DNA from: Candidatus Aenigmatarchaeota archaeon
GTDB taxonomy: Archaea; Aenigmatarchaeota; Aenigmatarchaeia; CG10238-14
Length of the DNA: 64,000 bases
Assembly: GCA_044343545.1 (NCBI GenBank)
Contig: JAWBZR010000002.1
Location: 3,522-67,521 of the forward strand
Reading direction: 5' to 3'
The notes beneath the pieces are model-generated. The model was given only the letters and a program-made list of their open reading frames with translations. It had not been told where the DNA came from and did not search any database. This document shows positions 1 to 9,070 of this stretch, one piece after another; position 1 is the stretch's first letter, and every line of letters starts with the position of its first letter. A program made the translations under genes and the position numbers.

Positions 1-435
1 CTTTATTTTAATGTTTTCAATTTTATTTTGCAATTCAATTATTCTTTTTTCCAATGAAGACATTTCTTTTGATAATTGGTTTCTATTCATTTTCCTTACG
101 TCAACAAGTTTCTTTGCTTTTTTTATGTTTACTTGATTTTTTGAAATTAACATTGCGCCGAAAAGAAACAAAACTATATATATGGTAGTAGAAACTAAAC
201 TTCCAAGAGATAGTATTATGGATGAAAAAGATGTTACTATACCCGCGACATAAGCAGCAATAGCAATGATGGTAGCGGCAGCAAATGCAAATATTTTTGG
301 AAATCTTATAAATGAAAAAAATCCAAAAGTCAAAACAAGCAACACTATTTCTGGAACTATAACAGCGTTAACAAAATCTTGATTTTGTGCTGAAACAATT
401 TTAATGAGCAGCAAAGCAAGTAAAAACCACTTCAT
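1..435 (-). CDS. Membrane protein, partial (runs off window start). N-terminal hydrophobic helices, then a Lys/Glu-rich coiled-coil-like tail.
   Basis: ATG at 433-435 on minus. No in-frame stop down to position 1. Two to three predicted TM helices in the translation. Confidence 0.3.
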   Translation of the reverse strand, partial: MKWFLLALLLIKIVSAQNQDFVNAVIVPEIVLLVLTFGFFSFIRFPKIFAFAAATIIAIAAYVAGIVTSFSSIILSLGSLVSTTIYIVLFLFGAMLISKNQVNIKKAKKLVDVRKMNRNQLSKEMSSLEKRIIELQNKIENIKIK

Positions 436-465
436 AATTAAAATAAATAGCAATTTTAAAAGAAA

Positions 466-849
466 TTATTTTTTCATTTTATTTTTCTTTCTGTGTAAGA
501 TTATTTGTCTAAGAGTTAGCACACCCTTATATTCCCCTTTTTTATTTACAACAGGAACTGTGAGATAATCTTTTTCTAACATTACTTTAGCTATTTCTTC
601 TATATCATCATTTTCTTTTGCACAAAAAACAGGCGAAGTCATAATATCTTTTGCAAAAGTTTTCTTAGGATCTTTACCCTTAGCCAAAACCCTTGAAACC
701 ATATCTCTCATTGTTATAATTCCCAAAACTCTTTTGTTTTTCAGAACTATGATGGATTTTGATGATCCCATTTTTTTTGCAACTTTAAAAACATCATCTT
801 TTTCATTTACTGTCTTTGTTTTTTCCAATTTAACTTCTTTAACTTTCAT
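466..849 (-). CDS. CBS-domain pair protein
   Basis: 127 aa with two CBS-like repeats (IITMRDMVSRVL..., DIMTSPVFCAKENDDIEEIAKVMLEKDYLTVPVV). Confidence 0.65.
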   Translation of the reverse strand: MKVKEVKLEKTKTVNEKDDVFKVAKKMGSSKSIIVLKNKRVLGIITMRDMVSRVLAKGKDPKKTFAKDIMTSPVFCAKENDDIEEIAKVMLEKDYLTVPVVNKKGEYKGVLTLRQIILHRKKNKMKK

Positions 850-888
850 AATTAAAGTAATATTAATTTTTAAATTTAAATTAATTTT

Positions 889-1389
889 ATGGCTTTTGAA
901 AATGCGAGAAGGATAGGAAACAGGGTATGGGAAGACAGAGGTTATTTAAGAAATTTACTAATGGAATTGTTATTCAAAGATCCCATAAGAATATTTGAAG
1001 GTATATTTAAAGGGGAAATAGAAAGAAACCCGTATTTTAGGAATGAAATAGAAAGAGTTGTAAAATCACATCGATATCAGTTGGATAAAGCAAGAGCCAC
1101 GGATTTGTATGATTTTACTGTCAGCGCAGCCCAATTGGCGAGTTTGCTTGCTAGTTGTGGAGTAGATTTTCCCGTTGAAAGAATCGCAGAAATAGTAGAA
1201 GCTATACCAAAAATACCTTATATAGTTGGTTATGGAAGAAGATATGGTGCATGGTATGGTTTGGCCTTAGCTATATATGAATTGTTGACATTGTTAGATC
1301 CAACAAACATCTTGGATATGTTACCCACATACACAATGGCAGAATTTTATATGATATACAGAGAGCTAAAAAGAAAAGCAAAATCATAA
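889..1389 (+). CDS. Hypothetical protein
   Basis: 166-aa ORF of non-low-complexity composition with no recognisable motif. Convergent with gatE. Confidence 0.3.
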   Translation: MAFENARRIGNRVWEDRGYLRNLLMELLFKDPIRIFEGIFKGEIERNPYFRNEIERVVKSHRYQLDKARATDLYDFTVSAAQLASLLASCGVDFPVERIAEIVEAIPKIPYIVGYGRRYGAWYGLALAIYELLTLLDPTNILDMLPTYTMAEFYMIYRELKRKAKS

Positions 1390-2880
1390 CATTTCTTGAA
1401 TTTTTTTCTTTACTATTTTGTTTACAGTACTGCCGTCTATTTTCCCTCTCACTTCTGACATGACCAAACCCATTAATATCTTTTCGGCATTTCCTGCTTT
1501 CAACTTTTCTTTATTTTCCTTTATTTTCTTTTCAATCACTTCTTCCAACTCTTCGATGCTTATGCTTTGCAAACCAAGAAGTTTTATTAGCTTTTCAACA
1601 TCCTTTTCTTTTGTTATGTTTTCAAGTAAAGCAGGTATAGCCTCTTTAGCAATTTTGCCGTTTTTGCAAGCTAACAACACATTTATTATGTCTTCATCTT
1701 CTATTTCATCAACGGCAACACCTTTTCTTGAAAGATCTTTCAGCGTGTTCGTTAATGTCGAGGCAGCAATCATTTTGTCCACGCCCATCTCCACTGCTTT
1801 TTCAAAAATTTGCCATTTTTCATTAACAAGCTGATTAGCTATTTCAGTTGGTAAATTGTAAATGTTAACATACCTTTCCAATTTTTTATTTAAACTTTCA
1901 GGCAAATTTTTTCTAATATTTTCTATCAAGCGTTTATCGACTATTATAGAAGGTATGTCAGTTTCAAGATACAATCTCGCGGATGTTGAAAGGGGGCGTA
2001 AAAAGATTGTCGTGCAATCCTCCCTTGCTAACCTGACGCTATTTTCAATCTTTTCACCTCTTTTTAAAGCTTCTAATTGTCTCTCAGCTTCTTTAATGAC
2101 GACATCTTTTATCTGGCCTAACCGTTGAACGTGCTTTATTTCTGTCCTCGCACCACCTTTTATTGATACATTCACGTCTTGCCTAACTACACCCAAACCT
2201 AATTTCACTCTTCCAGTGGATTTCAATATTTTTCCTATATTTTCCGCCGTTTCTAATGCTTGTTCTGGTGTTGTTATATCAGCCTTAGTGCTTATTTCAA
2301 TTTCGGGCATTCCAAGTCTATCGAGCCTGAAGACATGCCTTTCAGCATCAACTATTCTTGCAGAATCTTCCTCTAGGGAAATGGAGGATATACCTACCTT
2401 ACCAAGAGACGTGTCAACGAAACCATTTAATCCGATTATCATCGTCCTTTGAAATCCAGAAACATTAGACCCATCTATGATGATTTTACGCATCACAAAA
2501 ATTTCATCAACTATTTTTGCATTAAAAAGCTCTGAAATCATAAAAGCCGTTTCTAAAGCTTCTTGATTAGGCAAGTGTGGAGGTTCTTCATCTAATTCTA
2601 CCAAACAATTCGCATCATCAAAAAACTCGTAAACAATCTTTTTTTCTTTCATAGCTTCTTTTATTGCTGCAACGTCAATTTCGCCAAACTCGCTAAAAGA
2701 CGGATGCAAATATCTCTCTATTATTCTGTCAGGCTTTCTGTTAACCAGCTTGTTTGGGCAATTACAAAATAACTTTTTTTTCGTTGCCAACTCCCAATGA
2801 ATTTCCAAACCAACTTTCAAACCAATTTTTTGCCAATCCATATTTGAAAAATTATCAATCTTAAAAATTAAAAGCTTCAA
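1384..2880 (-). CDS. gatE: Glutamyl-tRNA(Gln) amidotransferase subunit E (GatE), short form
   Basis: N-terminus MDWQKIGLKVGLEIHWEL...KLFCNCP...CLVELDEEPPHLPNQEAL is GatE-specific. C-terminal YqeY/GatB tail domain present. 498 aa versus about 620 typical. Confidence 0.8.
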   Translation of the reverse strand: MKLLIFKIDNFSNMDWQKIGLKVGLEIHWELATKKKLFCNCPNKLVNRKPDRIIERYLHPSFSEFGEIDVAAIKEAMKEKKIVYEFFDDANCLVELDEEPPHLPNQEALETAFMISELFNAKIVDEIFVMRKIIIDGSNVSGFQRTMIIGLNGFVDTSLGKVGISSISLEEDSARIVDAERHVFRLDRLGMPEIEISTKADITTPEQALETAENIGKILKSTGRVKLGLGVVRQDVNVSIKGGARTEIKHVQRLGQIKDVVIKEAERQLEALKRGEKIENSVRLAREDCTTIFLRPLSTSARLYLETDIPSIIVDKRLIENIRKNLPESLNKKLERYVNIYNLPTEIANQLVNEKWQIFEKAVEMGVDKMIAASTLTNTLKDLSRKGVAVDEIEDEDIINVLLACKNGKIAKEAIPALLENITKEKDVEKLIKLLGLQSISIEELEEVIEKKIKENKEKLKAGNAEKILMGLVMSEVRGKIDGSTVNKIVKKKIQEML

Positions 2881-3045
2881 TTATATCTTTAATTTAGTCC
2901 TTCTCCAATTTCTTCTCAACAAACCGGCCCTTCTATTTCTTGCTCTTTTCAAGCCAAATTTTTTTATATCCACCCATCTTGGTGCTTGTTTCACTTTACT
3001 AGCTTTTATTTGTCTCAACTTTCTACTCAACATCTTTCTGCCCAT
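2881..3045 (-). CDS. rpl39e: Ribosomal protein L39e (ORF not in supplied track)
   Basis: 54-aa translation MGRKMLSRKLRQIKASKVKQAPRWVDIKKFGLKRARNRRAGLLRRNWRRTKLKI. The HWRRTKLK-type C-terminus is the L39e signature. ATG at 3043-3045 and TAA at 2881-2883. Confidence 0.6.
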   Translation of the reverse strand: MGRKMLSRKLRQIKASKVKQAPRWVDIKKFGLKRARNRRAGLLRRNWRRTKLKI

Positions 3046-3050
3046 TAATA

Positions 3051-3818
3051 TCACAACATCTTCCTAATTTCCTTCGCTTTTTTAATGGCCAAATCAATCA
3101 TATCATCAACATTTTTAATACTTAAAGCTTTTATTCCACCTTTCTGCATAGAGCAAATGTAATTATCTTCTCTAATCCCTATGCTCAGCCATGCATCAGC
3201 CACTTCTTCCTCTTCTCTATTCAAATCTATAAGATATTTATCCATAATTTTTGATATAGTTACGGTTATTGGTGTGTGTAAAATAGGCAATTTTCCCGAA
3301 TATTCGCCTCTAAATATCTTATCATTCTCGTATTTTGGTATTTTAGTATTCATTAACGCAGCAACCGATGCGAGAGACGAGGCATCGAAAAGGTTGCCGT
3401 CATGATTTATTATGTGTATATCAATATAAACACCCCAAACTTTTTGTCCTTCTACTATGCACAACTTTTCCAAATCAATACATTTAGATTCTCTTATTCC
3501 TCTATCAACAACTCTTGCAAGCTCCGTTGCATCTTCAGATGGAGGGCCAGGTAAAAATTCCGGATGAGCTATGGGTGCAAATTCTGCATGAGTTTTTAAA
3601 ACACCTTCATTCGGCATGTCAGGAAAGGGCGTTTCTATTTCCATTTTTATGCCAGCAATAACGTCAGTCTTTCCTATTTTAACCCTTGCCGAGCCTTCAG
3701 CTTTTTCGATAACATCTCTTTCTATCTCTATTTTTCTAAACTCGTCTAATTTTCTTCCATCTATTCTTTCATTTTTTTCTATCAATTTTAGGATATATTG
3801 AGATCGAAGCATAATCAC
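3051..3818 (-). CDS. rrp42: Exosome complex component Rrp42 (non-catalytic RNase PH-like)
   Basis: 255-aa RNase PH fold. Last gene of the Rrp4-Rrp41-Rrp42 triplet. Overlaps the rrp41 stop. Confidence 0.8.
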   Translation of the reverse strand: MIMLRSQYILKLIEKNERIDGRKLDEFRKIEIERDVIEKAEGSARVKIGKTDVIAGIKMEIETPFPDMPNEGVLKTHAEFAPIAHPEFLPGPPSEDATELARVVDRGIRESKCIDLEKLCIVEGQKVWGVYIDIHIINHDGNLFDASSLASVAALMNTKIPKYENDKIFRGEYSGKLPILHTPITVTISKIMDKYLIDLNREEEEVADAWLSIGIREDNYICSMQKGGIKALSIKNVDDMIDLAIKKAKEIRKML

Positions 3819-4531
3819 TCACTATACTTGTCTTTTAATGTTTTTATTTGCATCTTATACACTTCTTCTCCAGCCTTGAAGATTTCATTAATCAGCTTTT
3901 TTATTTCATCTTTTGTCAATTCACCATCCATTTGCAACAAAGTAATTTCTTTTTTGGTTGCCGTGAATGCAAGAGGCATGTCAGCTTCAGAATTGTTATC
4001 TTCCAAGCCATTTAAATCTAAAATTAGAGTATCGTTAATCTTACCGCCAGATAAAGCGACGACAAGATCTTTCATTGGAACCCCCGCATCGGCAAGTGCA
4101 AGAGAAACAGCATTGACACTTGTAACTCTTGTAGAACCATCTGCTTGCAATATTTCGATGAATATGTCGATTGTAGTTTTTGGATAATTTTCCAAGAAAA
4201 GTACAGGCTCTATAGCTTGCCTTATTACTTTCGATATTTCTATTTCCCTTCTCGTGGGACCTGGTTTTACACGCTCATCAGTAGAAAAAGGCGCCATGTT
4301 GTATCTACATTGCACTACTGCTCTATCGCTTTCTTGCAAGTGTTTCGGCAGCAACAACCTCGGACCATAGACGGCAGCAACAGCAATTGTTTTTCCGAAT
4401 CTCACCATAGCAGATCCATTTGCGTTTGGGATGACACCGATTTTCATTTCCATTTCCCTCAATTCCAAGGGTTTCCTTCCATCCAATCTTCTTCCGTTTT
4501 TTATGAGCTCCACGTCCTTTAATTTTGTCAA
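3815..4531 (-). CDS. rrp41: Exosome complex exonuclease Rrp41 (catalytic RNase PH-like)
   Basis: DGRKPLELREMEMKIGVIPNANGSAMVRFGKT phosphate/RNA-binding motifs. 238 aa. Confidence 0.85.
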   Translation of the reverse strand: MTKLKDVELIKNGRRLDGRKPLELREMEMKIGVIPNANGSAMVRFGKTIAVAAVYGPRLLLPKHLQESDRAVVQCRYNMAPFSTDERVKPGPTRREIEISKVIRQAIEPVLFLENYPKTTIDIFIEILQADGSTRVTSVNAVSLALADAGVPMKDLVVALSGGKINDTLILDLNGLEDNNSEADMPLAFTATKKEITLLQMDGELTKDEIKKLINEIFKAGEEVYKMQIKTLKDKYSE

Positions 4532-4537
4532 ATCGAA

Positions 4538-5209
4538 TCACCCTAACATCTTAGTAATTTCTTCGGTCAAACCATAGATGTGAGATTTTTCATCAATTCT
4601 TTTTATTGCCATAATAGCTTTGTCAATGTTTTCACCAGAAACCCAAACAACACCATTCTGCCCAACTCTTATCATGGTTTTTGTTTTTTCCTTTATCAAA
4701 TTTATCATGCTGCCCTCCTTTCCTATGAGTCTTGGCACCTTGCTTGGCGTGATGGTAACCAGAACACCACCTTTTAATTTCTTAAAGGCAGGACCTTTCA
4801 TAGTTAACTGTATATCACCTCTTTTTGCAGATAGTATTTGCGCATATATAACATCACCTTCATCATAGTATCTATTCAACAAAACCCTTTTGAGATCTAT
4901 GAATTCATCCACACCTTCGGATAATGATAAGAAAGAAAGCCAGGGAGATCTTATATCTACGATCCAACCAACCTTCTCAACTTCTATAACTATTCCTATA
5001 ACATGATCTCCTGGTTTTGGGACATAAACCCCAGAGAGTGGAATAACGGAAATATAGTTTCCGCTAACGGACAATATTCCAAGATATTTTGAAACTATGT
5101 TTCCCTTTTCATCTATGTAAGTTCCTGAGCTAGCTAAATATTCCTTGCTACTTCCCAAAACTCTACCTGGCCATGCTATTTCTCTGACGCCGCTATTTTC
5201 TTTACTCAT
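4538..5209 (-). CDS. rrp4: Exosome RNA-binding subunit Rrp4 (S1 + KH domains)
   Basis: 223 aa with N-terminal, S1 and KH architecture. Sits between SBDS and rrp41. Confidence 0.8.
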   Translation of the reverse strand: MSKENSGVREIAWPGRVLGSSKEYLASSGTYIDEKGNIVSKYLGILSVSGNYISVIPLSGVYVPKPGDHVIGIVIEVEKVGWIVDIRSPWLSFLSLSEGVDEFIDLKRVLLNRYYDEGDVIYAQILSAKRGDIQLTMKGPAFKKLKGGVLVTITPSKVPRLIGKEGSMINLIKEKTKTMIRVGQNGVVWVSGENIDKAIMAIKRIDEKSHIYGLTEEITKMLG

Positions 5210-5919
5210 ACATCTTCCCTTCTCAATATATCTGATTTAAAGTTTCCATGAGTAGCATCTCCAATGAATTTCAACAAATCCATTTGAACACCTGCAGGTA
5301 TGTTTGCAATCACTTGCAATGACCCGTCACTTTGCCACTTTTCTTCAAACTCCGGAACGAATCTTCTTATCGAGGAATATACCTTTCCAGCATACTGGGA
5401 AGGTATAGTTACTTGTATCAAAACTCTTTGCATTTTTATTGGAAGCAAACTTTTAATAGCTTTTATTACTCTATCCACTTGCGCTTCGGCATCTAAAAAA
5501 GGATCAATTTGCACGCCAGCCTGCTCCATAGCATTTATCAATCTGTTTGGTGGATGTGGAAGGTTCGTTTGAGGATTTATAGCTCTTTTTGATATTAATT
5601 CTGCTATTTGCGATTTCTTTTCCTCTATCATTTTCCTTCTTTGCTCTGTTGTTATTTGCATTTCTCCTTCAATCAAAATTTTTTTTATTATTTCATCGAT
5701 TTTGGTTGTTCCAAAACCTTTTTGAAGCTCGTCCATGGAAACCAAATCGCCTTTTCTCGCATCTCTGAAAACATTTTTCACCGCCACTATGTCTTCAATC
5801 TCTCCAATTTTCGTTTTTTTAAATTCATCAGCTTTGTATGGGTCTACGAGAATTTCGAAATTCAATCCACTCTTTTTTAACCTACATATAACAGCCTCAT
5901 CCACGCTAACCATAATCAA
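5206..5919 (-). CDS. sdo1: Ribosome maturation protein SBDS/Sdo1
   Basis: N-terminal FYSH-domain pattern (RLKKSGLNFEILVDP...VFRDARKGDL...GFGTTKIDEII). Conserved superoperon position. Confidence 0.75.
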   Translation of the reverse strand: MIMVSVDEAVICRLKKSGLNFEILVDPYKADEFKKTKIGEIEDIVAVKNVFRDARKGDLVSMDELQKGFGTTKIDEIIKKILIEGEMQITTEQRRKMIEEKKSQIAELISKRAINPQTNLPHPPNRLINAMEQAGVQIDPFLDAEAQVDRVIKAIKSLLPIKMQRVLIQVTIPSQYAGKVYSSIRRFVPEFEEKWQSDGSLQVIANIPAGVQMDLLKFIGDATHGNFKSDILRREDV

Positions 5920-5923
5920 CCAT

Positions 5924-6634
5924 CTATAGTAATTTTTTTATTTCATCATCAGTCAAAGTTGTAAAACCTTTATCGTCTCTTATGATTGCAACTTCGACAG
6001 AATCAGAATCTTTCACTTTTTCAGATTTTTTGATAGCTTCGATTATAATCTTCAAAGCATTCTTTTCATCCATATCATTCTTATATTTTTCTTTGAAAAT
6101 TTTGTTGGCTATCGGGGCACCTCTGCCGATGGAATAAGCCAACCATTCAAACAACATCCCGGAAGGATCTGATTCTATCAAATGAGGACCTGAATGGTCA
6201 ACACCGCCTATTAAGAAAGACACGCCAAATGGACGCAAGCCTGCATAAAGTGTTGAAATTTGCATCCTATCTCCTAAAACTTTTGATAATGACCAAACAT
6301 CTATCGGCTCTTCATATGTGATTCTGTGAATTTGAGCTTTTACTCTTAATAAGTTGACCAAAACTCTTGCATCTGCTAATAAACCTGAAGCAACAGTTCC
6401 TATGTGGTCATCCAATTTAAAAAGTTTTTCAGTACTTTTCGTTACGGCCAAATCCATCTGTTGCTTTACTGTTGCCAAAATTACACCATTCTTGAATGTT
6501 ATTCCAAGAGATGTAGTCCCTTTTTTAACAGCTTCTTTAGCATATTCTACCTGAAACAATCTACCGTCAGGGCTAAACACAGCTATAGTTCTATCATAAC
6601 CCATATATTCTGGTAAAACTGCCGGCATGACCAT
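5924..6634 (-). CDS. psmA: Proteasome subunit alpha
   Basis: YDRTIAVFSPDGRLFQVEYAKEAVKKGTTSLGI alpha-subunit N-terminal signature. 236 aa. Confidence 0.9.
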   Translation of the reverse strand: MVMPAVLPEYMGYDRTIAVFSPDGRLFQVEYAKEAVKKGTTSLGITFKNGVILATVKQQMDLAVTKSTEKLFKLDDHIGTVASGLLADARVLVNLLRVKAQIHRITYEEPIDVWSLSKVLGDRMQISTLYAGLRPFGVSFLIGGVDHSGPHLIESDPSGMLFEWLAYSIGRGAPIANKIFKEKYKNDMDEKNALKIIIEAIKKSEKVKDSDSVEVAIIRDDKGFTTLTDDEIKKLL

Positions 6635-6729
6635 CCCACCTCAATAGTAATGCTTAACTAATTATATGTATTGCAATTTTAAATTGTTTTGAATTTTTAA
6701 ATATTTGCCTTGTCAAGCAAAAATTCAAT

Positions 6730-7092
6730 TCATTTTTTACATCCTTTTATCGTCCCAGATACTTTGAGAATCTTCATGCAAACTCTGACATCACCCAATC
6801 TTGTTATTAAACCAAGCGATGCTATCGTCGAAGCAACGGATAGATGGTTGCATCTAATTATGCAGGTCTGCTCATCTTTATTCCATCTATCTTTCAATAA
6901 CCATACAGATGTTTTCGCCACACCATGTTCTCCCAAAAAATCAAGCATCGTATTCCAAATGGCGCTTTCCAAGTCAGAATATTCTATGGGTTCTTCAGAT
7001 ATAACTTTGAACAATACATATCTATGCTTCTCTCTCAGTGTGGGCGGAAGCACCTTTAGTTTCATAATTCCCTCACGCCTGGCATTATCCAT
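6730..7092 (-). CDS. rnp2: RNase P protein component Pop5 (Rnp2)
   Basis: LPPTLREKHRYVLFKVISE...LKVSGTIKGCKK matches the archaeal Pop5 pattern. Confidence 0.75.
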   Translation of the reverse strand: MDNARREGIMKLKVLPPTLREKHRYVLFKVISEEPIEYSDLESAIWNTMLDFLGEHGVAKTSVWLLKDRWNKDEQTCIIRCNHLSVASTIASLGLITRLGDVRVCMKILKVSGTIKGCKK

Positions 7093-7772
7093 TTGGGTGA
7101 TTTTCTTTCATTAATTTGCTCGATCATTTTTTTTGGTACGACGCTTAAACTATTTTTAGCTTCCTTTAATTCCAAGCCAAGCAATACTCCCATGGAAATG
7201 AGTTGTTTGGGATCTCTTAGTTGCCAGTGCGAAATCGCTCCGGAACAAATAATAATTGGTGCATTATACTTTTTGCAAAGTTTTACATTCTGCATCATAT
7301 TTTTCAGTACGAGCGACCTCGTAGCTTTGGTGTTTATCAAAATATTTCTGAAATTAATTTCTATTGCTACATTATTCTTTGCAGCCTCTCTTGCAAGCAC
7401 GTGATTTAAACCAGAATCCTTTCTGTTGAATTCCGGATGCGTCAATATATCAACTTCTGGTGTTCGAACGGCAGCTCTATTCAGCTTCAAATCATGGCCT
7501 CTTACCAAAAGCATGTCGTATTCTCTTCGCAACTTCACCAATTTTTTTAACTCATTTATGTTTCGCGCTTCAAAACCAAGAAATATTTTTATCTTCACTT
7601 CCTTTTCGACTCTGTCTATTTCCCTTTGCAACTCATATATTTGCTCTTTATTTTTGAAGTATTCTGCAAAACAAATTCCAGAAAAACCCAACATCTTTGC
7701 TTGCGATGCTAATTCTTCTAACGTACTTTCACCTTCAGAAAAGGCAGAGTGAACGTGCATGTCAAAATACAT
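7062..7772 (-). CDS. rnp3: RNase P protein component Rpp30 (Rnp3), PHP/TIM-barrel-like
   Basis: MYFDMHVHS start. 236 aa. Conserved position upstream of pop5-psmA and overlaps pop5. Confidence 0.65.
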   Translation of the reverse strand: MYFDMHVHSAFSEGESTLEELASQAKMLGFSGICFAEYFKNKEQIYELQREIDRVEKEVKIKIFLGFEARNINELKKLVKLRREYDMLLVRGHDLKLNRAAVRTPEVDILTHPEFNRKDSGLNHVLAREAAKNNVAIEINFRNILINTKATRSLVLKNMMQNVKLCKKYNAPIIICSGAISHWQLRDPKQLISMGVLLGLELKEAKNSLSVVPKKMIEQINERKSPKWIMPGVREL

Positions 7773-7823
7773 ATAAGTAATATTGTCTTTGCAATCTTTA
7801 AATGATTGGTGAAAGTGGAAATT

Positions 7824-8342
7824 CTATCTTAATCCTCTTGCCCTTTTTCCAGAGGCCGTCAAGCCTCTAAATACTCTTCTTGTGTGTTGTGGTTCACAAA
7901 TCCAGTTTATTTTAGGGTCGCTTTTTATTGCAGGATGATGCTTATCGACGAGAATGACTTCATACCAAACATATTTACCATCTTGACCAACCCAATAAGA
8001 GTTTAGCACTTCGAGATTTGGATACTTTTTTGCTACTCTTTGCTCTGCTATTGTTTGCAAAGACAATTTTGGCGTAAATCTTTTTACACCTGCTTTTGAT
8101 GGTTTTCTTCCACCTCTCGTGTAATCCGGTCTATCTCTACCACCTCTTAGCAGCCTAACCCTTACAATAACAAAACCTTGCTTAGCTCTATAACCCAGCT
8201 CTCTTGCCCTGTCTGGTTTTGTAGGTTTTTCAATTCTTACAAATCTTTTTTCTCGCCTCCACTCTATCAATCTTTTTCTCATCAATTCTTTTACGGCTTT
8301 GCTCTTTCTCGTTTCTTTCAAATATTGATACAAACCTTTCAT
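7824..8342 (-). CDS. rpl15e: Ribosomal protein L15e
   Basis: Basic 172-aa protein with [13 protein letters not shown]...[20 protein letters not shown] matching L15e. Confidence 0.85.
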   Translation of the reverse strand: MKGLYQYLKETRKSKAVKELMRKRLIEWRREKRFVRIEKPTKPDRARELGYRAKQGFVIVRVRLLRGGRDRPDYTRGGRKPSKAGVKRFTPKLSLQTIAEQRVAKKYPNLEVLNSYWVGQDGKYVWYEVILVDKHHPAIKSDPKINWICEPQHTRRVFRGLTASGKRARGLR

Positions 8343-8393
8343 AAAAATGTCACAAAAACTATAATTAACGGAAAATTTAAATATTTTCGTTAG

Positions 8394-8684
8394 ATGAATT
8401 ACGAAGATGTTTGGCGTTTAATAAAAAAGATACCACGAGGAAAGGTGACGACATACAAAGAGATTGCTAGGATGTGTAACACGAGAGCATACAGGCTTAT
8501 CGGTATGGCATGCAAGAAAAATCCCTTCAAAGATGTTCCATATCATAGAGTTGTAAAAAGTAATGGCGAACTCGGTGGTTACGTTTTTGGTGTCGAGGAA
8601 AAGCGGAGACTTTTAGTCGAGGAGGGTATCGAAATAGTTAATGGTAAAATTAACTTGAAAAAACATTTATTTGCTTTTAATTGA
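8394..8684 (+). CDS. Methylated-DNA-protein-cysteine methyltransferase C-terminal (DNA-binding) domain protein with Tyr at the catalytic Cys position (alkyltransferase-like)
   Basis: VTTYKEIA...[21 protein letters not shown] aligns to the Ogt PCHRV motif. Codon TAT at 8541-8543. Confidence 0.7.
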   Translation: MNYEDVWRLIKKIPRGKVTTYKEIARMCNTRAYRLIGMACKKNPFKDVPYHRVVKSNGELGGYVFGVEEKRRLLVEEGIEIVNGKINLKKHLFAFN

Positions 8685-8759
8685 CAAATCTTCTAACTCA
8701 TAGTAACAAAAACTTAAATACCTCAAAATTCGATTATTATCTTTATCGGGTGAAATGAA

Positions 8760-9068
8760 ATGAACACATGGGTCAAAATACTAATAGGTTTGTTGTTGCT
8801 TGGTTTGCCATTAGCCCTCTATGCATATGATTTAATGACAGCAGGTCCAGTAATAGAATTCAATATTTTGGGAAGAAAAATTCAGCTATCACCCTTAAGG
8901 TCACTTTTGATAGTTATCGAAGGTACAGTACCGCCATTTATAGCTTTGATAGGCCTGTTCATAGTCTGGCTTGAATTGGATGAGCTTAGAATAGAGAGAG
9001 AATTAAAAGCAGAAGAAGAAAAAGAAAAAGAAGAGGAAGAAAAACCAAAAAAGAAAAAAAGTAAATAG
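8760..9068 (+). CDS. Small membrane protein with two TM helices and a charged KEKEEEE...KKKK tail
   Basis: Hydrophobic segments plus a low-complexity acidic/basic C-terminus. Confidence 0.35.
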   Translation: MNTWVKILIGLLLLGLPLALYAYDLMTAGPVIEFNILGRKIQLSPLRSLLIVIEGTVPPFIALIGLFIVWLELDELRIERELKAEEEKEKEEEEKPKKKKSK

Positions 9069-9070
9069 AT

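Noticed and set aside
1418-2452. Multiple 60-140-aa ORFs antisense to gatE (and similar antisense ORFs throughout the track, for example 734..916, 3181..4187, 35005..36101, 37241..37593, 45355..46282)
   Set aside because: They are Ser/Phe/Leu-rich, low-complexity translations of the reverse strand of well-supported genes. This is typical of AT-rich genomes where stop codons are depleted in some antisense frames.
9000-9066. Purine-rich low-complexity stretch (aaagaagaaaaagaaaaagaagaggaag...) considered as a simple-sequence repeat or regulatory element
   Set aside because: It is in frame within ORF 8760..9068 and encodes a charged EEKEKEEEEKPKKKKSK tail, so it is coding low complexity, not a discrete repeat element.
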